The notes beneath the pieces are model-generated. The model searched no databases, had not been told where the DNA came from, and saw only the letters and a list, made by a program, of their open reading frames with translations. 64,000 nt of DNA, from assembly GCA_963769935.1 (NCBI GenBank), contig CAVYNY010000009.1, forward strand, positions 1 to 64,000, given 5' to 3'. This stretch comes from an uncultured delta proteobacterium. GTDB taxonomy: Bacteria; Desulfobacterota; Desulfobacteria; Desulfobacterales; JAFDCJ01. Made by a program: the position numbers and the translations under genes. Position 1 is the first letter of the stretch. Each line of letters begins with the position of its first letter. Of the stretch, positions 30,521 to 41,590 are shown piece by piece.

Positions 30521-31345
30521 TCAGACGGCCGGCCGATTGGGGTCATTCAAAAACGACGGCGTCAGCACGATTACCCAACCGACGACATTATCTTGCATTT
30601 TAATGGTCGAAATCGTCGTGCCGATCAAAAGGGAATTGAAGTTAACATAAAACGAAACTTTCTTGATATCATCCTGGCGTCTTACCAGTTTGAGACCATC
30701 AATGAGTTCAGCCCGCGCTTCAGCAGCAAACAAATCGGCCACCGGGCGATTGAGGACATCGACACAACGCCTGCCGATGATATCAAGCGCCGTCGGATTC
30801 GCATTGATAATGCGCGTATCATCGTCCACGACCATAATTCCCACGGCGGAACATTCCACCACCGCTTGCTGAAAATGCAGGGAATTCATCAGTTCAATGG
30901 CATCGCGCCTTGGATATACATTGCCGTCGGCGAGGACTTCCGGTTGCGAGGATGGAAAAAGAGACCGGTTTTCCAGGCCGTTTAAAAATTCGTTTAGTTT
31001 AACCGCTAATTTATCTATCGGTCCCTTGGCGATATAATAGTCGGCCCCGATCTCATGCAACGAACCGAGCTGTTCGATCATGCTTCCCGAAAGGGCCACC
31101 AAGGGAAAATGGCTGGCACTATATTTGTCGCGTACGAACTTAAAAAACTGCCTTCCGTCGACTTTTTGCAGTATCAAATCGGAAAAGAGGATATCAACCG
31201 TCCTATCCTCCAGCTGGGCAATGCCCTGCTTCCCGTTATAGGCTTTAGATACCTGATAACCTCTTTTTTCCAGCAATTCGCTTAGAAATTCGACGAAGAA
31301 AAAATCATTATCGACTACCAGCGCTTTTTTTTGCATGACCATCAC
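30521..31345 (-). CDS. response regulator receiver + PAS domain protein
   Basis: ALVVDND, DILFSDL, ADYYIAK; C-terminal PAS (GIMVVDDDTRIINANPTA). Confidence 0.85.
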   Translation of the reverse strand: MMVMQKKALVVDNDFFFVEFLSELLEKRGYQVSKAYNGKQGIAQLEDRTVDILFSDLILQKVDGRQFFKFVRDKYSASHFPLVALSGSMIEQLGSLHEIGADYYIAKGPIDKLAVKLNEFLNGLENRSLFPSSQPEVLADGNVYPRRDAIELMNSLHFQQAVVECSAVGIMVVDDDTRIINANPTALDIIGRRCVDVLNRPVADLFAAEARAELIDGLKLVRRQDDIKKVSFYVNFNSLLIGTTISTIKMQDNVVGWVIVLTPSFLNDPNRPAV

Positions 31346-31666
31346 CCATTCAAAAGAAATTGAATATTGAAGACTGAATATTGAATATTTGCGGCACCCT
31401 GTCTATTTTATCCTGAACTATCGTCTATTAACCATCAACTATGAACTATCTTCTATCAGCTATCGGCTATGAGCCTGAGCGCCAACCCGAAACTCGCCCT
31501 TGTTTTTTACGCTAGGCGCCCTGCCCCATGCCCTATGCGCCCTCCTCCGCAGCCAGAAGGCAGAGGACAGATGACTGAAGCTGGGAGGATAGGAGGCTCG
31601 AAAGTTGGGAAGTTGCGATGTGCCTCCAACCTATAACCTCAAACATCCAGTATCCAGTATCCAGCA

Positions 31667-34075
31667 TCACTCCACCGAAACACGACGCACCTCTTGGATA
31701 TCGGTTAATCCATCGAATACTTTGTGAATGCCGTCCTGTTTTAATCTGGTCATCCCCTGTTTGACGGCCAGTTTGGCAAGATCCTGCGAGGTTGCCTGCT
31801 TTTTAATGAGAATTTTCAGGTCAGGGGTTCCTTCCATTAATTCATGGATGCCCATACGTCCTTTATACCCGGACCCATTGCATTTCTCGCAACCGAGCGA
31901 ACGATACAGTTTCAGTCCGGGGCCGTACGTATACCCGGCACTGGCCAGTTCCTTTTTCCCGTAATCGGACTCAATGTCCTCAAATTCTTCCTGCAGCGGA
32001 TGGTAGGTCTCCTGGCATTTGGTGCATAATCTTCGAACCAGCCGTTGCGCCAGTACGCCGAGAAAGGAATCCGAAATGTTCAACGCATTCATTCCCATAT
32101 CCATTAGTCGGGTCAGTGTTTCAGGAGCATTGTTGGTATGCAGGGTCGACAATACCAGATGGCCGGTGAGCGAGGCTTCGATGGCAGTGGCAGCCGTTTC
32201 TCGGTCCCGCATTTCACCGATCATGATGATATCCGGGTCAAGTCTTAAAAAACCGCGCATGATTCTGGCAAAATCGAGTCCGATCTTGGGGCTCACCTGC
32301 ACCTGGCGCAGTCCGGCCTGGGTGATTTCCACCGGATCTTCAGCCGTCCATATTTTGACGCCGGACTGGTTGAGGTGGCCCAGAAAAGCATGCAGGGTGG
32401 TGGTCTTGCCCGAACCGGTGGGACCGACGCACAAAACCAGTCCATAGGGTTTGGCTATGATTCTTTTCATGACTTTCAGGTTGCGCTCATTCAATCCGAT
32501 TTCTTCAATTTTAAATGCGGAGGATCTTGTCAAAATTCGCAAAACCACGTCCTCAAATCTTCCGGCGGTCGGCATGGTGGACATTCGTAGCTCAAATTCG
32601 GGGATGCCTTTGCGTCTCAATTTTATTTTTCCGTCCTGCGGACGCCGCTTTTCCGCAATGTCCAGATCGGCCATAATTTTAAGCCGCGATACAATGGCCG
32701 GGGCCATAGCGTTGGGCACCTGGATATATTCATGGCAGACACCGTCCGTACGAAAACGGATGATGGTTTTGCGGGTTATCGGAGACGGTTCGACATGAAC
32801 GTCCGATGCGCCATTGCGGAAGGCCGTAACCAAAACCTGATCGACGAATTTGACGACCTGACTGGATGATTCATCCAGGCCGGCGATGTCTTCAGCGATT
32901 TCTTCCTCTTCTTCGAAAGTGACATCGGGTATGATCTCATCCAGATCGTTAAAGTTGCTGTCGACCATCACATCGGCACGGGGATCAAAGAAGTGAGTGA
33001 TATACTTTTCAATGTCCTCCTTAAAGCCGACGCTGAAGTGGATTTTCTGATTGGTCATCAAAGCTCTGATGTGGTCTGTTTTGCGCAGGTCTTTCGGATC
33101 ATCAACGAGAATCTCCACGCCCGTTTTGTCCCAGCCCAGCGGAACCCAGACATAATAAAGCAGGAATGACTTTTTAAGCTTGCCGATCAGCTCGTAAGGA
33201 ATCGGAAGCTCAATCTCATAATCCCGATATCGGCATCCGAAAAACAGCGACAGCGATTTGCCGACTTCATCTTTATTTACACTGAAACGATCAACAAGCA
33301 CAAATTCAACACTTTTGTTTATTTTTTTGGCAATGGCCAAAGATTCCTGCAGTTGATTGGTGGTGACAATTTTATTTCTGACCAGGTAATCGTAACGCGA
33401 ACTGGATGAAATTTTTGCCTTTAATGAATTCAGTCGATCAAAAATTTCCTTATTGGAGGGATCGATTTCGGCTGCGGTCTCATAGAGCTCATAGGCCAGA
33501 TCGTTTTGGTCTTTCTTTTCCAGCTGCAATCCAAGCCAGTATTTTAATTCGGCGGTTTCTTTTTCCTTTAAATTGTGCTTGTAGATAACTTTATAGGCTT
33601 CTTTGACGGCCTTCTGAGGTTGTTTGATATCCAGCAAACAGCATAGATAGTCACGTATGATTTTAACCAGTGAGTAATCTATTTTGGAATAATCAAATTT
33701 AGTGTAATCAAACTCCAGCAGCTTTTCATATTCTGCAATAGCCTCATCCATCAAGCCCAGTTCTTTTAGCGCGGCAGCTCCGTCAAGCAAGGTGGGAACA
33801 TCGTCATGAACAGACAGGGTCTTTTTGAAGATAGAGATATCCTCTTTGCTAAATCCTTTATTGTCCGCTTCTTCCCGAACCTGGATGTCCTTTTTTATTT
33901 TTTTTATTTTTGATCGAACCGTCTCACGAATTTGGCCGTCCTTGCCTGGTAATCCACTCAGAATCTGCTCATAGATAGTCAGAGATTCGTTCATCATTCC
34001 CATGGAATAACACGTTTCAGCTTCCTTTATTCTCATCTCCATCTCAGACTGGGTGATCGGTTGAATGTCATTCAT
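31667..34075 (-). CDS. PilB/GspE-family secretion ATPase with TPR-like N-terminal extension
   Basis: ASDVHVEP, RRPQDG, GPTGSGKTTTLH, DPDIIMIGEMRD, TLHTN, CTKC/CEKC zinc motif. Confidence 0.92.
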   Translation of the reverse strand: MNDIQPITQSEMEMRIKEAETCYSMGMMNESLTIYEQILSGLPGKDGQIRETVRSKIKKIKKDIQVREEADNKGFSKEDISIFKKTLSVHDDVPTLLDGAAALKELGLMDEAIAEYEKLLEFDYTKFDYSKIDYSLVKIIRDYLCCLLDIKQPQKAVKEAYKVIYKHNLKEKETAELKYWLGLQLEKKDQNDLAYELYETAAEIDPSNKEIFDRLNSLKAKISSSSRYDYLVRNKIVTTNQLQESLAIAKKINKSVEFVLVDRFSVNKDEVGKSLSLFFGCRYRDYEIELPIPYELIGKLKKSFLLYYVWVPLGWDKTGVEILVDDPKDLRKTDHIRALMTNQKIHFSVGFKEDIEKYITHFFDPRADVMVDSNFNDLDEIIPDVTFEEEEEIAEDIAGLDESSSQVVKFVDQVLVTAFRNGASDVHVEPSPITRKTIIRFRTDGVCHEYIQVPNAMAPAIVSRLKIMADLDIAEKRRPQDGKIKLRRKGIPEFELRMSTMPTAGRFEDVVLRILTRSSAFKIEEIGLNERNLKVMKRIIAKPYGLVLCVGPTGSGKTTTLHAFLGHLNQSGVKIWTAEDPVEITQAGLRQVQVSPKIGLDFARIMRGFLRLDPDIIMIGEMRDRETAATAIEASLTGHLVLSTLHTNNAPETLTRLMDMGMNALNISDSFLGVLAQRLVRRLCTKCQETYHPLQEEFEDIESDYGKKELASAGYTYGPGLKLYRSLGCEKCNGSGYKGRMGIHELMEGTPDLKILIKKQATSQDLAKLAVKQGMTRLKQDGIHKVFDGLTDIQEVRRVSVE

Positions 34076-34395
34076 ATGTTTGAGTTCCGATTCAGATTAT
34101 GCGTTTATTCCTAATTCATCCGCCCTGAAAAATACATAGTAGCTATCGGCTGATTCCAGGCAAACTTTAGCGGGGTGCAGGTGATTTATGAACGGTAATT
34201 TCAGTTGATTGGCACATTGACAGGAAGGATTTCCAATTTATACTTTTTCTGGTATAATTTTTTTGAGTGAGCCCTTCGTGGTGGGGTTGGCGCAGGCAAG
34301 CTGCCAAAAACATGTTAATTGGAAGTTGGTGCTGCTAAAACTCCGCTCCCGGCGGAATTAAAATTAATCCTGACTGAAATAGATGAGGAACTAAA

Positions 34396-34710
34396 ATGCC
34401 CGTTTATGAATATGAACACGAGGGAGCACCCTGCTCACTGGGAAAGGTATTTGATGTGAAACAATCCATCGAAGACAAACCGCTCGCCAGGTGCCCCCAA
34501 TGCTGCGGTAAGGTTCAAAAAATTGTATCCCGCATCAACATCAGCTGTCCCAAAACAAACACCGAATTGCGTGATCTCGGGTTTACCAAGCTGGTAAAGC
34601 GCGACGACGGCGTCTATGAGAATGTTACGGCCCGTGGAAAGGACAGTCGCTACATGATTAAAGGCAAAAACGAGACGATCCCGGATTTGAGCAAGACCAT
34701 AAGCGATTAG
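34396..34710 (+). CDS. FmdB-family zinc ribbon protein
   Basis: MPVYEY..., FDVKQSIED..L..CPQC; SD GAGG. Confidence 0.8.
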   Translation: MPVYEYEHEGAPCSLGKVFDVKQSIEDKPLARCPQCCGKVQKIVSRINISCPKTNTELRDLGFTKLVKRDDGVYENVTARGKDSRYMIKGKNETIPDLSKTISD

Positions 34711-34865
34711 CAAACAATTCTCGCAATGAAAAAAGGGGGTTGTCTGAAATGAATTCAATAGAAGGGAAAGGCTAAGCGTTACTTGCCGGTAGTCCGTTGT
34801 CTATTGTATGTCTATTGTAAAAAAAGAATCCAACATATAATGACAACAGACCACTGACAAATCAA

Positions 34866-36359
34866 TTATTTCGTCAATTTAGCCACTAAAAATCCGGCGT
34901 TCCTGCGCCAGATGAATAAATGGGCGGCTTCGCCGTCTTTTAACTTTTGCACGGCGGCCTTGTATTCGTTCACGCTCCCGATGACCCGGTGATTGATTTC
35001 CTTGATGATATCTCCCATCTGGACACCGCCCTGATCGCCCTGGCTGCCGGACTGCACGTTAACGACCACGACACCGGTCATATCTTCGATGTTAAACTGC
35101 TGGGCCAACTCAGAGGTTAACTCCGCTACCCGAATACCAAGCTCTTCCTCCTCCTCGGGTTTCGGGGGCGTACTGCGGGAGGCAAGTTTTTCATCATCCC
35201 GTTTGGCAAGTGCGATGTAAAAGGTTTGTGGTTTTCCGTTGCGAAAAACGTCTACTTTGGCCTTCTCGCCGACTTTGAGACCGGCGATCATCGTCGTCAG
35301 CTGTCGGCTGGTTTCAATTTTCCGGTCATTGACCTTCAAGATTATGTCCTTGGCCTCTATACCGGCCTGGTCGGCCGGATCTCCCTCGAACACATCGGCC
35401 ACCAGCACACCTTTGCGATCCTTGAGACCGTAATAATCCGCCATATCAGGGGTAAGATCCTGAATAGCGACCCCCAACCAGGCGCGGGTGACCTCGCCTT
35501 CTGATTTAAGCTGGGCGATGACGCCTTTGGCCAGATTGGCAGGAATTGCAAACCCGATTCCCGTTCCGCTGGCAATAATGGCTGTGTTGATTCCGATGAC
35601 CTCTCCATTCATGTTAAGCAGCGGTCCACCGCTGTTGCCGGGATTGATGGAGGCGTCGGTTTGAATAAAATCATCGTAGGGGCCGGAGCCTATGACCCTT
35701 CCCTTGGCGCTGACGATGCCGGCGGTCACCGTGCGTTCCAGGCCGAAGGGGCTGCCGATGGCAACGACCCATTGGCCGATTTTCAGCTGGTCGGAATCGC
35801 CCATTTGGATAGTCGGCAGATCTTTTTTCGAGTTTATCTTGAGCAGCGCCAGGTCCGTATTGGGATCCCGACCCACGACTTCGGCATCGAACTCGTTGTC
35901 ATCGTCGAGCTTGACCCTAATCTGATCGGCATCTTCGATCACATGGTTATTGGTAACTACATGACCCTGCTTGTCGATGATGAAACCCGAGCCGACACTG
36001 GGCTGTTTGAATTCTCTTGGCATTTCTTCACCGAAAAACCGCTCAAAAAAATCCTTGAAAGGACTTTCATGCCCATAGGGGTCCTGTTGAAAATGCCTGA
36101 AAACCGGACCACCGCCCTTGATCGTTTTAACGATTCGAATATTCACCACGGCCGGACCCGCCATTTCCACCAGATCACTGAAACTTTTAGGAGCGTCAAA
36201 GGTAGGCGTCGATTTTGCATATAGCAGCGGACTGAGTCCAAAATCTGTTGCAACAAGCAGTCCACCGAGCAGGATGAGAAAAATGGTAAAGGTTTTTAAT
36301 TTTGTTTTGTTCCTTGATACTTCCATCGCGCCCATAATTGTATGGATCTCCTTTCTCAA
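34866..36359 (-). CDS. DegP/DegQ (HtrA) serine protease with two PDZ domains
   Basis: GSGFII, TNNHV, DLALL, IQTDASINPGNSGGPL; start codon uncertain. Confidence 0.95.
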   Translation of the reverse strand: MRKEIHTIMGAMEVSRNKTKLKTFTIFLILLGGLLVATDFGLSPLLYAKSTPTFDAPKSFSDLVEMAGPAVVNIRIVKTIKGGGPVFRHFQQDPYGHESPFKDFFERFFGEEMPREFKQPSVGSGFIIDKQGHVVTNNHVIEDADQIRVKLDDDNEFDAEVVGRDPNTDLALLKINSKKDLPTIQMGDSDQLKIGQWVVAIGSPFGLERTVTAGIVSAKGRVIGSGPYDDFIQTDASINPGNSGGPLLNMNGEVIGINTAIIASGTGIGFAIPANLAKGVIAQLKSEGEVTRAWLGVAIQDLTPDMADYYGLKDRKGVLVADVFEGDPADQAGIEAKDIILKVNDRKIETSRQLTTMIAGLKVGEKAKVDVFRNGKPQTFYIALAKRDDEKLASRSTPPKPEEEEELGIRVAELTSELAQQFNIEDMTGVVVVNVQSGSQGDQGGVQMGDIIKEINHRVIGSVNEYKAAVQKLKDGEAAHLFIWRRNAGFLVAKLTK

Positions 36360-36607
36360 GTTAATTGAGGGTAAAGGGCGTGCGCCGGCCCCGGAGAGAC
36401 CGGCTTTTCCTGATAAAACGATAATTGTGCCGCACTGGAAAATTTAGATTTACTCTTTAATTAAGGCCTTGACAAGGCAAAATGTGTTGATAGAATTGTT
36501 GCAAAATCGCATTCGAAACCGATGCTGCGGGCAACTGCCACCCGCAAACACCATAATAATAAGACAGTTTTCCGGCATTGCCACCCCGATTCAAACAGGA
36601 GATGGGT

Positions 36608-37546
36608 ATGATCCAGGTTGAAAATTTAACCAAATATTTTCATGACTTTTGTGCGGTGGACGCAATCAGCGTTGACATTCAGAATGGGGAGATTCTCGGA
36701 TTGCTGGGCCCCAACGGCGCCGGTAAAACCACCACCTTGCGCATGCTCACGGGATTTTTACAGCCCACCGCCGGCAGTATTCGGGTTAAAGACTACAGCA
36801 TTGATGAACATCCGCTGGAAATCAAAAAGATTCTGGGTTATCTGCCGGAATCCGCACCCCTGTACCATGACATGCTGGTCTACGACTATTTGAATTATGT
36901 GGCCGACATCCGGGAAATCGACAAACGACGCAAACCGGACCGCATCCGTCAACTGGGCGATTTGTGCGGCATCAACAATGTCATGCACCAGCCGATCGGC
37001 GAACTTTCCAAGGGCTACAAACAGCGGGTAGGATTGGCCCATGCCATGATGAACGACCCGGAAATTCTTATCCTGGATGAGCCGACCTCCGGTCTGGACC
37101 CCAATCAGATCGTCGAAATCCGGCAAATTATCAAACGAATCGGCAAAGAGAAGACCATCATTCTGTCCACCCACATATTGAGCGAAGCCGAGGCTACCTG
37201 CGACCGGGTGGTGATCATTAACAAGGGGAAGATCGTCGCCGACGACAGCACCGAAAACCTGAAGGAATCGGCCGGAGATAGAAAATATGTTCAACTGAGC
37301 CTGCAGAATGCCGACTTTAAATCCGTCGACATGGCCTTGGCCGCCATCGATGGCATCACGGGGGTCACGCGCATCGATGAGACGGACCACCAGCTGGATG
37401 TGCGCATCGACTGCCGCTCAGCCGCTGATCCCCGGGCGGAAATCTACCAAAAAATCAAACAGACTGACTGGGTTGTGTTGGAATTTCACCAGAAAACCCA
37501 AACCCTTGAAACCATATTTCGCGAGCTTACCATCAATGGAGAGTGA
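36608..37546 (+). CDS. ABC transporter ATP-binding protein (GldA-like)
   Basis: GPNGAGKTT, LSKGYKQR, LDEPTSGLDPNQI. Confidence 0.92.
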   Translation: MIQVENLTKYFHDFCAVDAISVDIQNGEILGLLGPNGAGKTTTLRMLTGFLQPTAGSIRVKDYSIDEHPLEIKKILGYLPESAPLYHDMLVYDYLNYVADIREIDKRRKPDRIRQLGDLCGINNVMHQPIGELSKGYKQRVGLAHAMMNDPEILILDEPTSGLDPNQIVEIRQIIKRIGKEKTIILSTHILSEAEATCDRVVIINKGKIVADDSTENLKESAGDRKYVQLSLQNADFKSVDMALAAIDGITGVTRIDETDHQLDVRIDCRSAADPRAEIYQKIKQTDWVVLEFHQKTQTLETIFRELTINGE

Positions 37547-37549
37547 ATA

Positions 37550-38254
37550 ATGCGGCAGGCCATTCAGATTTTCAGAAAAGAATTCAGGTCCTATTTTGTC
37601 ACGCCGATTGCCTACATCGTCATTGCAATTTTCCTGCTGGTGACAGGCTGGTTCTTTTTTGCCACCTTCTTTTTATTCGGCCAGGCAACCTTGAGAAACT
37701 TTTTCTCACTGCTGCCGATCATCTTTTCATTTGTCATACCGGCCGTCACGATGCGGCTGGTTTCCGAAGAATTAAACATCGGTTCCTATGAAATTCTGAT
37801 GACCATGCCGGTCACCTTCACCGACGTGGTCATCGGAAAATTTCTGGCAGCGCTCGCCTTTGTGGTTGCCATGCTGATACCGACCCTGGCCTACCCGATT
37901 ACGGTCTCGACCATGGGACAGCTCGATTGGGGGCCCGTGGTCGGCGGCTACATCGGCGCCGTTCTGCTGGGTGCCGCCTTTTGCGCGATCGGACTGTTCG
38001 CATCCACCTTGACCCGCAACCAGATCATCGCATTTATTATCGGCATGGCGATTTGCTTCATCCTGACGCTGATCGACAAAATGGTTTTTTTTCTGCCGCG
38101 GTCCCTGCTGGGGGTTATGGCCTATCTGGGGGCGGATTATCACTTTCAGAATATATCAAAAGGAATTATCGATTCCCGCGATATCATCTACTTTTTAAGC
38201 GTGTGCTTTATCGGGCTGTATGCGGCTTATCTGGTCTTAAGGGAGAAATACTAA
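37550..38254 (+). CDS. ABC-2 permease (GldF-like)
   Basis: KEFRSYFVTPIAY, PAVTMRL.SEE, NQIIAF, GIIDSRDIIYF. Confidence 0.9.
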   Translation: MRQAIQIFRKEFRSYFVTPIAYIVIAIFLLVTGWFFFATFFLFGQATLRNFFSLLPIIFSFVIPAVTMRLVSEELNIGSYEILMTMPVTFTDVVIGKFLAALAFVVAMLIPTLAYPITVSTMGQLDWGPVVGGYIGAVLLGAAFCAIGLFASTLTRNQIIAFIIGMAICFILTLIDKMVFFLPRSLLGVMAYLGADYHFQNISKGIIDSRDIIYFLSVCFIGLYAAYLVLREKY

Positions 38255-38264
38255 GGAGAGCACC

Positions 38265-40481
38265 ATGGCAGATATAAAAAAATCGGGAAAATATATCAAG
38301 TTTATTATTTACCTGATTGTCGTCGTACTGGTTAATGTGGCCGGGATCACGCTGTTTGTAAGATCGGACCTGACGGCCAGCAAAATTTACTCGATTTCCA
38401 AAGCCAGCCGAGCGGTCGTAGAATCCCTGTCCGAACCATTGACCATCAAGGTCTTCTTCACCAAGGACCTGCCCGCCCCCTATAACAATACCGAGCGCTA
38501 CCTCCAGGACCTTTTGCAGGAGTATACATTATATGCCAACAAATTCTTCAATTACGAGTTTTATAATGTCAGCGCTGAAGAAGGCGAAATCACCGCCAAT
38601 GCCCGTGAAAACCAGAACCTGGCCAACAACTACGGTATTCATCCCATTCAGATCCAGGTTGTCGAAAATGACGAGGTCAAATTTCAAAAAGCTTACATGG
38701 GACTTGTTATGATTTATGGCGATTTGATCGAGACCGTTCCGACGATAACCACCACCGAAGGACTGGAATATACGCTGACCACCACCATCCAGAAGATGAA
38801 CAATAAAATTGGTGCCCTGTTGGGCCTGCCCGAAAAGATCGACATCAAGCTCTATTTGTCTTCTTCCCTCGATGCCGTTGCACCGCACATGGGTATCCGC
38901 GATCTGGCGGGCATGCCGGAGGAGATACGAACGGTTGTAGATAAATTGAATCAGAAACTTTACCATAAACTGCAATACCAGTATATAGATCCCACCCGGG
39001 AGCAGGAGCTGGAAACCCTTGCCGGTCGATACAATGTCATGACGCTATCCTGGCCGGCCCTTGGCAAGGGCAAGGTCCCGCCCGGCAAGGGCGCCATCGG
39101 ACTGGTCATGGAATACGATGGTAAATCATTGACCGTGCCTTTGCTGCAGGTGATCCGGCTGCCCCTTATCGGAACCCAGTATCGCCTGACCGAAATGGAG
39201 CAAATGGAGGATACGATCAACAGCAATGTCGAACGGCTCATCGACATCAATGAAGATATCGGGTATCTGGCTGATCACGGCACCCTGGATCTGAACGGAG
39301 CTGCTCCCAATCTTCCCGGCCGCCCGCCGAACCAGGAATCGGCCACCAACTTTCGCACCCTGATCTCCCGGAACTACACCATCAAGGATGTCAAATTAAA
39401 GGACGAGGGCATTCCCGAAGGCCTGAATTGCCTGGTAATAGCAGGTCCGACAGAAAAATTTACCGATTTTGAGCTGTTCCAGATCGATCAGTTCCTCATG
39501 CAGGGCAAGAACCTGGCCCTCGTACTGGATCGTTTTAACGAAGTCATGCCGTCCGGACAGCAGGGCATGAATTTCGGACAGCAACCCATTTTTGTCCCGC
39601 TGGACACCGGGCTTGAAAAGCTGCTGGAGCATTATGGAGTCCGCATCCAGCAGTCCTATGTAATGGATGAAAACTGCTACCGCCAGGAAATGCCCGAACA
39701 GTTAGGCGGCGGTGAACGCAAAATTTACTATGCGCCTCTGATTAAAAATCGCAATATCAATCAGGACCTGGACTTCATGAAAAATATCAAGGTGCTGGTG
39801 GCCCTGAAAATATCGCCGCTGGAGTTGATTGCCGAGCGCATCACGCAAAATAAATTAAAAACCTACCGCCTCTTTGCGTCGTCGGAAAAATCCTGGCAGA
39901 TGCGCGGTCGCATCAATTTAAATCCGTTGTTTATCAAACCGCCGGCTGCATCGGACGATATGCAGAGCTACCCCCTGGCGTATCTGCTTGAAGGCGAATT
40001 CCCCAGTTATTTTGCCGGCAAACCCATGCCGGTAAAAGAAACAGCCGCCAAGGAAGGTTCGGAGAAAAAAGACCCCGAGCCGAAGACCGGTTCGGAAAGT
40101 TCCGACCAGAAATCGGACATCGATTTATCCCGCATCGAAAGCAAGGGGCAGTTTCTGACTGTCGGCAAGCCCGGCAAAATATTTTTAATGGCCTCCGCCG
40201 ATATGCTGAAAAACAACGTATTGGACGCCGACGGAAAAGGTTCCAACGCCGTCTTGATTCAAAACGTTGTCGATTACCTGAACGGCCGTGAAGACATTGC
40301 CGTTATGCGCGGCAAGGAGCAGAAGTTAAATCCGCTGGAGGAAACTCCGTCGGCGGTCAAAACATTTGTCAAAACCTTTAATATCGCCGGCCTTCCGGTC
40401 TTGGTCGTTATATTCGGCCTGGGCGTGTGGTTCCGCCGCCACTCCCGCAAAAAATATATTCAAATGATGTTCAGCAAATAG
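38265..40481 (+). CDS. GldG-family ABC auxiliary protein
   Basis: RSDLT..KIYSIS, LVIAGPTE, IDQFLMQG; N- and C-terminal TM helices. Confidence 0.88.
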   Translation: MADIKKSGKYIKFIIYLIVVVLVNVAGITLFVRSDLTASKIYSISKASRAVVESLSEPLTIKVFFTKDLPAPYNNTERYLQDLLQEYTLYANKFFNYEFYNVSAEEGEITANARENQNLANNYGIHPIQIQVVENDEVKFQKAYMGLVMIYGDLIETVPTITTTEGLEYTLTTTIQKMNNKIGALLGLPEKIDIKLYLSSSLDAVAPHMGIRDLAGMPEEIRTVVDKLNQKLYHKLQYQYIDPTREQELETLAGRYNVMTLSWPALGKGKVPPGKGAIGLVMEYDGKSLTVPLLQVIRLPLIGTQYRLTEMEQMEDTINSNVERLIDINEDIGYLADHGTLDLNGAAPNLPGRPPNQESATNFRTLISRNYTIKDVKLKDEGIPEGLNCLVIAGPTEKFTDFELFQIDQFLMQGKNLALVLDRFNEVMPSGQQGMNFGQQPIFVPLDTGLEKLLEHYGVRIQQSYVMDENCYRQEMPEQLGGGERKIYYAPLIKNRNINQDLDFMKNIKVLVALKISPLELIAERITQNKLKTYRLFASSEKSWQMRGRINLNPLFIKPPAASDDMQSYPLAYLLEGEFPSYFAGKPMPVKETAAKEGSEKKDPEPKTGSESSDQKSDIDLSRIESKGQFLTVGKPGKIFLMASADMLKNNVLDADGKGSNAVLIQNVVDYLNGREDIAVMRGKEQKLNPLEETPSAVKTFVKTFNIAGLPVLVVIFGLGVWFRRHSRKKYIQMMFSK

Positions 40482-40498
40482 AAAAATAGGACAATAAA

Positions 40499-41545
40499 AT
40501 GAGGTTAAAAAAAGAATACATCATTCTGGCTGTTATCATCATTGCACTATCTGTTTATCTTTACAAACGCAGCTCAGACCGCACCCTTTACGAGCTGCCG
40601 AAGATTCCCAAAATTACCCAGAAGGATATCACCAAACTGCAGATCACGAAGGGCAAAACCGCCATCGTCCTCAGTAAGAAGGATGATAAGTGGTATATCG
40701 AGCCGGCCGGGTATCCGGCCGATGCCAACAAAGTCAAGGATATGCTCAACGCGCTTGAAAACTTCACCTTAACCGCGCTGGTCTCCGAATCCAAAGATTA
40801 TAACCGCTACGAACTCGACCCGGAGCAAAAGATTAATGTCAAAGCCTGGCAGGGCGACGACCTCAAGCTGGACTTTGATTTAGGCAAGACCGCCTCCTCT
40901 TATCGCCACACGTTTGTGAAGCCTTCCGGGGAGGAGCGGGTTTTTCATGCCCGCGGCAATCTCAAAAACAGCTTTGACCTGAGCGTGGACCAACTCCGGG
41001 AGAAAGCAGTTTTAGCCTTCAATCCAACCGACATTCAACAGGTCCAGATCAGCAAGGATCAGCAGTCCCTGGCCTTCACCCGAACTCCGGTGCCCGTGGA
41101 GGTAAAAAATCCGCAAACAGAGAAAAAAGAAAGCTCATCCGAGGTAAAAACCCCGGACACGGAGAAAAAAGAAAGTTCATCACCGCCGGCCCAACGCCTC
41201 GTCTGGCAGGCTGCAAACGGAAAGCCGGCCAATGAAACCGCCTTAAACCAATTGCTCAGCACCCTCAGCAATTTGCGTTGCGAGAAATTCATCGACGATC
41301 GCAAAAAGGAGGATTACACCTCACCGTTGTTTACGCTCCAGCTGAAAGGCCCTAAAGAATACAGCCTTGCCATATTTGCCAAAGCCGATGATAAAGATAC
41401 CGCCTTCCCGGCCGTTTCTTCGGGCAGCGGCTACCCGTTCCAGCTATCAGACAGTCAGGTGAACCGCATCATGAAAGCACCCGACGACTTTCTGCAAAAA
41501 TCTGAAGCGGACCAGAATAAAGCCGAACCTCAAAAGCAGAAGTAA
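40499..41545 (+). CDS. DUF4340-like membrane-anchored protein
   Basis: N-terminal TM, W....YPAD..KV motif repeated, position after gldG; 42-bp tandem duplication at 41099-41182. Confidence 0.8.
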   Translation: MRLKKEYIILAVIIIALSVYLYKRSSDRTLYELPKIPKITQKDITKLQITKGKTAIVLSKKDDKWYIEPAGYPADANKVKDMLNALENFTLTALVSESKDYNRYELDPEQKINVKAWQGDDLKLDFDLGKTASSYRHTFVKPSGEERVFHARGNLKNSFDLSVDQLREKAVLAFNPTDIQQVQISKDQQSLAFTRTPVPVEVKNPQTEKKESSSEVKTPDTEKKESSSPPAQRLVWQAANGKPANETALNQLLSTLSNLRCEKFIDDRKKEDYTSPLFTLQLKGPKEYSLAIFAKADDKDTAFPAVSSGSGYPFQLSDSQVNRIMKAPDDFLQKSEADQNKAEPQKQK

Positions 41546-41590
41546 AGAATCCTGGCCCAGACGACCAGGTTTTCAATGGTAGAATATACC

